A DNA stretch of 64,000 bases from Alphaproteobacteria bacterium (GTDB taxonomy: Bacteria; Pseudomonadota; Alphaproteobacteria; UBA828): the NCBI GenBank assembly GCA_965214705.1, contig OZ243972.1:1920001-1984000 (forward strand), read 5' to 3'. Of the stretch, positions 58,726 through 64,000 are shown piece by piece. Each line of letters opens with the position of its first letter. Positions within the stretch are counted from its first letter, which is position 1. Position numbers and translations under genes: made by a program. The notes beneath the pieces were generated by a model, which did no database searches, was not told the DNA's origin, and saw nothing but the letters and a program-made list of their open reading frames with translations.

Positions 58726-59018
58726 CATTCACACCGGTGCGGCGTTCCTCTCGGCCGACCTTCGAAGGTCCCTGCCAAACGAGTATCGTTCCGAAGCCGC
58801 GGACCCGCACGATGGCGTCGTCGCCGCAATTGGCGCGCACCGTATTTGGTGCCCCGTCATCCTCTCCTCGTTTGGTGATCGTGCCGCTCGACATGACGCA
58901 ACGTGCGCACCGATCCGCAGGAAAAGCTGGCCTCGGTGGCGACGGGCGGCCGAAAGTCGCAGTCTTGGCAAAGCGATCACGCCGATTCTCGCATGCCTCC
59001 AGAAGGCCGCGTTCGATG

Positions 59019-60680
59019 TCAAGAACGCACAAGAGATTGGTGACGTCTCTCCGAGTTGCCTCCGGCCGGTAGAATCATCTGATTCAGGTCTAGGGATTCC
59101 GCCAGAACCTGAATACCCGTCGGTGCTTTGCCGGTTTCAAAGACCTTTTCCCAGAAGTCCAGATTCTGCTTTGGCCCGAACACCGTCGTACTCAAGTTCC
59201 TGTCGCACCAGCAGGGAAGATTCGCCAGGCTCACGAGGAAATTCCGCATGTGATCCCAGAGCGCATCGGGTAGCGGTCGATGCAGCAACCGGTCCTTGTC
59301 ATACATTTGAGCCGTAAAGGCGAAGTAATGTTCAATGACAAGCCGAAGCCAGCGCATCACATTTGCCAAGACTTCCTCCCGCGCCACACGCCATGCTCGC
59401 AAATGATCGTCCTGGATCGCGTCGCCCGCCTGTATCCGGGTTTCGATTCTGCGGCCCCCGGTTTCCGGGTCCCATTTTCCAATGAAGAAAACTTCGGCGA
59501 AGAGACTCATGATGCGGACGAGTTGTTCACGCTCGAGCTGACGCGGATTAGTGCCCTGCTCAAACTCCTGATCGATCGGCGTGCCAAGCGCCTTCTTGTA
59601 TAGGAACTCTTTGAAGAAGGACCGCTCGATGGCGTTGTAGGAGAGCGGTCGATCCGCACCCTTTCCGGCCCACTCGACAAATTCTAACAGGCTATTTGCG
59701 GACGCATGCATAACCGCGTCGCGCTGTGCATCAACGATGTATCGCTCCATCTCGCGGCGCTCACCACGGAAAAATCGCACAAGATCTTGCTCTGAGAACG
59801 AGTAGTCATCGTCAGAGAGACCTCGCAGATTTCGATATTGGTTGAGGCGTTCAGCGTAGAGGGTGCTTCCCAAATGCCGCATCACGGCCGTGTCGAACGC
59901 GACTTGGCGCAGTTTGCCGCCAGCGTTGGTGTTGGCCTGGAGCAGAACGTTCGTGTCAGGATCGACGAAAATCCGTACGGGCAACTCGCGCACGCCCAAG
60001 AGAATTTGTGCTGCTGCCTTGTGCTGCCCATCGAACACCCTGATCTCGCCCGCCCCATCGCCCGACGCTTTCCACCAAGCGAGTGCTATGTGGAGCTGAG
60101 GGCGGGAATCCTTGAATTCTTCGATCAGACCGCGAATGTTCGAGCCGATGCTTCGCGGGTTGATGCGATCGTCGTGGTGCAAGTATTCGAGAGGAAGCGA
60201 TGTGAAGAAGGATCGCATGCCACTCAGCTTGTCGTGAAGGAGCGGAACACAGCGGATTTCGTTCCGGTCAACATCTGGAAGGCTGAATTCAGCATTCTCA
60301 TCCTGGCATCGGATTCGCAACCGTGCCTTGGCTCCTCCGTGACGTTCCAGGATGTCGCCGAGATTCGCGCCGCGCTTCCCGGCTTGACGCGCCTGTTCCT
60401 GGAGCCGCTCAAACTCAGCTAGGCGACGAGCCACTTCTAGGTTCGAGGCTCCTTTTTTCCGATTGCATGAAGAATGGGTCAGCGCGAAGTTGTTCTCTGC
60501 ATCCAAACCGTCCTTCACCAGCGGATCGATATGGTCGATGTCGAGTTGTCCCTTGTGCAGTATCAAATCGATCGCCTCGTTGCATATGAAGCACAGCATG
60601 GTCTGTCGGTTATGCAGCCGCTGCTCGAGCTGTTGACGTTGCTCATCGGTCAGCGATGACAAGTATTGAGAGCGTGGCAT
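59019..60680 (-). CDS. HNH endonuclease fused to a DGQH(R/K) ParB/DndB-like domain
   Basis: CFIC..DIDHIDP..NFALTHSSCNRKKG; VFDGQHKAAA; lower GC than backbone. Confidence 0.75.
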   Translation of the reverse strand: MPRSQYLSSLTDEQRQQLEQRLHNRQTMLCFICNEAIDLILHKGQLDIDHIDPLVKDGLDAENNFALTHSSCNRKKGASNLEVARRLAEFERLQEQARQAGKRGANLGDILERHGGAKARLRIRCQDENAEFSLPDVDRNEIRCVPLLHDKLSGMRSFFTSLPLEYLHHDDRINPRSIGSNIRGLIEEFKDSRPQLHIALAWWKASGDGAGEIRVFDGQHKAAAQILLGVRELPVRIFVDPDTNVLLQANTNAGGKLRQVAFDTAVMRHLGSTLYAERLNQYRNLRGLSDDDYSFSEQDLVRFFRGERREMERYIVDAQRDAVMHASANSLLEFVEWAGKGADRPLSYNAIERSFFKEFLYKKALGTPIDQEFEQGTNPRQLEREQLVRIMSLFAEVFFIGKWDPETGGRRIETRIQAGDAIQDDHLRAWRVAREEVLANVMRWLRLVIEHYFAFTAQMYDKDRLLHRPLPDALWDHMRNFLVSLANLPCWCDRNLSTTVFGPKQNLDFWEKVFETGKAPTGIQVLAESLDLNQMILPAGGNSERRHQSLVRS

Positions 60681-60764
60681 CCTCGATGTCCTCTTGGGAG
60701 GTTTCGAAACTCGGGTTGAAGTGGCTGCGGACGATGGGCCTGCCATATCTGCCCAACTGCGGAC

Positions 60765-61937
60765 CTATAATACATCCGCGGCGATGCCGTCCGCGATCCG
60801 GGCCGCCGCCTCGTGCACCGACTCGCGCGCGAGATGCGCATAGCGCGCCGTCGTCTCGACCTGACTGTGGCCGAGCAGCTTGCCGATCATCGGCAGGGAC
60901 TCCCCCAGCGCGAGAGCCCGAGAAGCGTAGCTGTGACGAAGGTCATGAAGCCGCACGCCGCCGAGCCCGGCGCGCGCCCGGAGCGTCTGCCAGGCGCCGT
61001 CGATATCGCGCATGTGCGTGCCCGGCTTGTGTCCCGGAATGACCCAGGGATTGCCGGGCTTGCGGGGCAGCGCCGCCAGCAGCCGCGCCGCCGACGGCGG
61101 GAGCGGCACCGCGCGCGGGCCAGTCTTCGCATCCGCCAACGCCAGCTCGCCCGCGTCGAGGTCCACGTCCCGCCAGCGCAGGCTGAGGATCTCGTTCTTG
61201 CGGCACCCGGTCAGCATCAGCAGCCGGATCGCCGTCACCGCGCCCGCCGACGCGCCGCCCCGCGCCTCCGCCTCGTCCAGCACCCCGCCCAGCTTCTCGA
61301 ACTCCGCGTCGGTCAGGAACCGCTCGCGGCGCTTCGACGGATACCTCGCCACCGACCCGCACGGGTTGACCCCGTCCGCCACCATGCCCCAGCCCTCGGC
61401 CAGACGGTACATGTGCGACAATGTGGCCACCGTCATGTTCGCCATCGCGGGTCGGTCGCTGAGACCGTGATGCAGCTCCAACACGTCGCGGGGCTCGACC
61501 GCCGCCAGCGACAGACCGCCGAGCCTGGGCACGATGTGCCGTTGTACAATGCTGCGTGTCGTCCTCGCGGTCTTCGGCTTGCAGCGCACCGCCACATGCT
61601 CCTCGAGATAGCGCGCCGCGAGATCGGCCACCGTCGGCCCCTGCGACAGCTTCGCCGCCAGCGGCTCGGGCACCGGGTCCTCGCCCGCCTTGACCCGCGC
61701 GATGATGAGCGCCGCGCGCCGCTTCGCCTCCTCGGCGTTGAGCACCCCGTGACGCCCCACCGTGACGCGCCTCGGCCCCTTGGGCCCCCGCGCCTGGACG
61801 ACATAGACCCTGCCGCCGCCGGGATAGGCCCGTACCCCGAAGCCCTTCAGCTCGCGGTCCCAGAACACCGTGTCCCACTCGACCTCCAGCGCCGCGACCA
61901 TGCGGTTGGAGATCGTCCGCCTACGCGTCCCCTTCAT
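60765..61937 (-). CDS. ICE tyrosine integrase 2 (arm-binding domain + catalytic domain)
   Basis: WDRELKGFGVR; GCRKNE, AKTG, HDLRH, LGH, RYAH; ATGA overlap with integrase 1. Confidence 0.92.
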   Translation of the reverse strand: MKGTRRRTISNRMVAALEVEWDTVFWDRELKGFGVRAYPGGGRVYVVQARGPKGPRRVTVGRHGVLNAEEAKRRAALIIARVKAGEDPVPEPLAAKLSQGPTVADLAARYLEEHVAVRCKPKTARTTRSIVQRHIVPRLGGLSLAAVEPRDVLELHHGLSDRPAMANMTVATLSHMYRLAEGWGMVADGVNPCGSVARYPSKRRERFLTDAEFEKLGGVLDEAEARGGASAGAVTAIRLLMLTGCRKNEILSLRWRDVDLDAGELALADAKTGPRAVPLPPSAARLLAALPRKPGNPWVIPGHKPGTHMRDIDGAWQTLRARAGLGGVRLHDLRHSYASRALALGESLPMIGKLLGHSQVETTARYAHLARESVHEAAARIADGIAADVL

Positions 61938-63115
61938 GCCGCGCTCCGCTCCGGCGCCACATGGACGCCTATGCTGTCGCCCACCCGGCCCGCCGCCGCC
62001 CTCTCCGCGTCGCGCACCAGATGCGCATAGCGCGCCGTCGTCGCCACCCGGGAATGGCCCAGCAGCCGCCCGATCATGCTCAGGCTCTCCCCCAGCGCCA
62101 GCGCCCGGCTCGCGTAGCTGTGACGGGCGTCGTGAAGGCGCACGTCCTTGAGACCGGCTCGCTCCGCGACGCACTTCCAATAGTAGTCGAGGGTGGCTAG
62201 GTGGGAGTCCGGCTTGCGGCCGGGCACGACCCACGGACTGCCGTCCGTTCGGTCGATGCCGTCGAGCACCTTCAGCAGCGGCGGGGTCAGCGGCACCATG
62301 CGAGGCCCCGACTTCGCGTCCCTCAACCGCAGCTCGTTCGCCACCCGGTCGATGTCGTCCCACTTGAGCGTCAGGATCTCGCTCTTGCGGCAGCCGCTCA
62401 GGATCAGGAGCCGGATCGCCGCCACCGCCTGCGGCCACGGCGCCGATTTCGACGCCGCCTCGCGAAGCGTCACGCCCAGCCGGCGGTATTCCTCCGGCGT
62501 CAGGAAACGCTCGCGCGTGTGCTCGCGGTAGTAGTACAGCAACCGGCACGGGTTGGACCCGCGCGGCACCAGCTCCCAGCTCTCCGCCAGCTTGTACATC
62601 TTCGACAGGACCGCCGCGGCGGTGTTGGCCATGTAGGGGGTGTCGCGCAGCCGGTGGTGCAGCTCGGCCGCGTCTTCCCGCCCCACCTCCCCGAGCGCCT
62701 TGCCGCCCAGCGCCGGCAGGATGTGCAGGTCCAGCGCCGTCCGGTAGAGTCCCGCCGTCTTCGGCTTGCAGTGCATCGCCACATGCTTCTCCATGTAGCG
62801 CTCCGCCAGCCCGGCCACCGTGAGTGCCGGCGCCGGAGGCGCCGGGAAGGGATCCTCGCCCCGCTTGATCCGGTCGATCGCCGCCGCCGCCCGCGTTCTC
62901 GCCTCCTCGACGGTGATATCGCCATGCTTGCCAACCCTGGCGCGCTTCAGCCCGCCCGGCCCCCTGGATTGCACCACGTAGACCTTGCGTCCGGTGGCGT
63001 GCACGCGTACGCCGAAACCGGCAAGATCGCGGTCCCAGAAGGTTGCGTCGCCGCGATCGACGCGGAGCGCATCGACGGTGCGCTTGGCGATCTTGAGGGT
63101 ACTTCGCTTGGGCAT
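61934..63115 (-). CDS. ICE tyrosine integrase 1 (arm-binding domain + catalytic domain)
   Basis: WDRDLAGFGVR; GCRKSE, AKSG, HDARH, LGH, RYAH. Confidence 0.92.
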   Translation of the reverse strand: MPKRSTLKIAKRTVDALRVDRGDATFWDRDLAGFGVRVHATGRKVYVVQSRGPGGLKRARVGKHGDITVEEARTRAAAAIDRIKRGEDPFPAPPAPALTVAGLAERYMEKHVAMHCKPKTAGLYRTALDLHILPALGGKALGEVGREDAAELHHRLRDTPYMANTAAAVLSKMYKLAESWELVPRGSNPCRLLYYYREHTRERFLTPEEYRRLGVTLREAASKSAPWPQAVAAIRLLILSGCRKSEILTLKWDDIDRVANELRLRDAKSGPRMVPLTPPLLKVLDGIDRTDGSPWVVPGRKPDSHLATLDYYWKCVAERAGLKDVRLHDARHSYASRALALGESLSMIGRLLGHSRVATTARYAHLVRDAERAAAGRVGDSIGVHVAPERSAA

Positions 63116-63129
63116 TGGCTTCATCCCGT

Positions 63130-63180
63130 GATCAAACCGCACATGTGCGGCATCGAACCGAGGCGTATTCAAGCGTATTC
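63130..63180 (+). promoter_or_regulatory. Putative integrase arm-type binding sites, right end
   Basis: GATCAAACCG, ATCGAACCG and GCGTATTC x2; palindrome CCGCACATGTGCGG; matches 3120-3169. Confidence 0.5.
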
Positions 63181-63298
63181 TCCGCGCAGGTGCAAGAGGG
63201 TCGTGTCGCTAAAGAATCAAGAATAAGGTAGTTTATATAATGCTTTATGTCTCGACAGCGTAGCAGACCGTATGACCAGCGTAGCTGTCGAAAAGTGC

Positions 63299-63319
63299 CC
63301 CTGTCTTTCTGTCCGTCAG
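63299..63319 (-). other. Right attachment junction (core GACAG 63313-63309)
   Basis: Integrase homology ends at LYLTDRKTG; shares the core and codon-degenerate flanks with 3038-3058. Confidence 0.85.
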
Positions 63320-64000
63320 ATAGAGCCGCCCCTCCCGGTAGGAGCGCCATTGGAGGGTCAGGATCTCTGACTTGCGGCAGCCGGTGAGCAGCAGCAGGCG
63401 CACGGCGGCCACGTGCAGGGGGCGGCTGGCCTCGTGCCGGCCCAGCACGCAGGCGAGGCGGCGATACTCCTCGGGGGTCAGGAAGCGCTCGGACCGCCCC
63501 TGCCGGTAGCGGCGGATGCCGGCACAGGGGTTGCTGTTCTCCGGGCGGTATCCCCACGCCTCGGCCTGCTGCATGATGACCGAGAGGATCGGCGCCGAGC
63601 GGTTCGCGGCGGCGGGCGTCGCGTGCAGCCCGCGGAACCAGGCCCGCACGTCCTCCCTGGTTATCTCTCCGATGGGCCTGCCCGCGAAGAAGGGCAGGAT
63701 CTGCCGATGGAGGTAGTCGCGGTTCACTTGCATGGTGCGCGGCTTCCAGCGGCGCCCGTAGCGGCCGAAGACCTCCTCGGCGATTGTCTCGAAGAGGGTG
63801 CCGCCGGGGTCCGCCGCATCTGGCTCCCGACCGTCGCGCAACGCGGCGAGCATGGACCTGGCCCTGGCCCGCGCCTTGGGCTCGGTGATCGCCGTCGCGT
63901 CGCCTATGATTTTCCAGACCCGTTTGCCCCTGTGCTGGCTGTGGATGAAGTAGCGTCTGGCGCCGGAGGGCATGATCCGGACGCCGTACCCCTTCAGCTC
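63309..64000 (-). pseudogene. 5' half of the interrupted tyrosine integrase (start lies outside the window)
   Basis: ELKGYGVR arm domain..ERFLTPEE..LLTGCRKSEIL..RLYLTD, with no HxxR or Tyr motifs following. Confidence 0.9.

Noticed and set aside
60765-64000. Three consecutive integrases as a RIT (recombinase-in-trio) element
   Set aside because: The third is the 5' half of the recipient gene and is separated from the pair by the att junction; all are arm-domain integrases arranged as pairs.

Overview
GC-rich window, probably alphaproteobacterial (inferred from a GAAC-N7-GAAC SOS box and the gene families). It is almost entirely one complete ~60.3 kb integrative conjugative element (ICE, ~3048-63313). 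The ICE has inserted into another tyrosine-integrase gene at the codons for the catalytic-lysine motif L-T-D-S-K-T-G. The 5' half of that gene is at the right edge (63309->64000) and the 3' half at the left (2690-3052); they rejoin in frame through a 5-bp GACAG core, and the two junctions differ only at codon wobble positions. The ICE and the element it interrupts each encode a pair of translationally coupled, catalytically intact integrases. ICE content, left to right: RelE/HigA-type toxin-antitoxin pair; a putative leading region (7x Zn-finger protein, SSB, DUF2493, long hairpin); a candidate oriT and RHH gene; an AlbA_2/ATP-binding gene; a Type ISP restriction-modification gene broken by a 212-bp MITE; a type I-G (I-U) CRISPR-Cas locus with a 19-repeat array, hit at its trailer end by an IS66 and by nested IS1595 elements; MOBF relaxase; TraD; a full F-type T4SS operon sprinkled with a 15-bp repeat; a CI-like/Cro-Xis-like switch with a LexA box; an HNH-DGQHK gene; and the integrase pair. 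All product calls come from recognising motifs by eye; no database searches were run.
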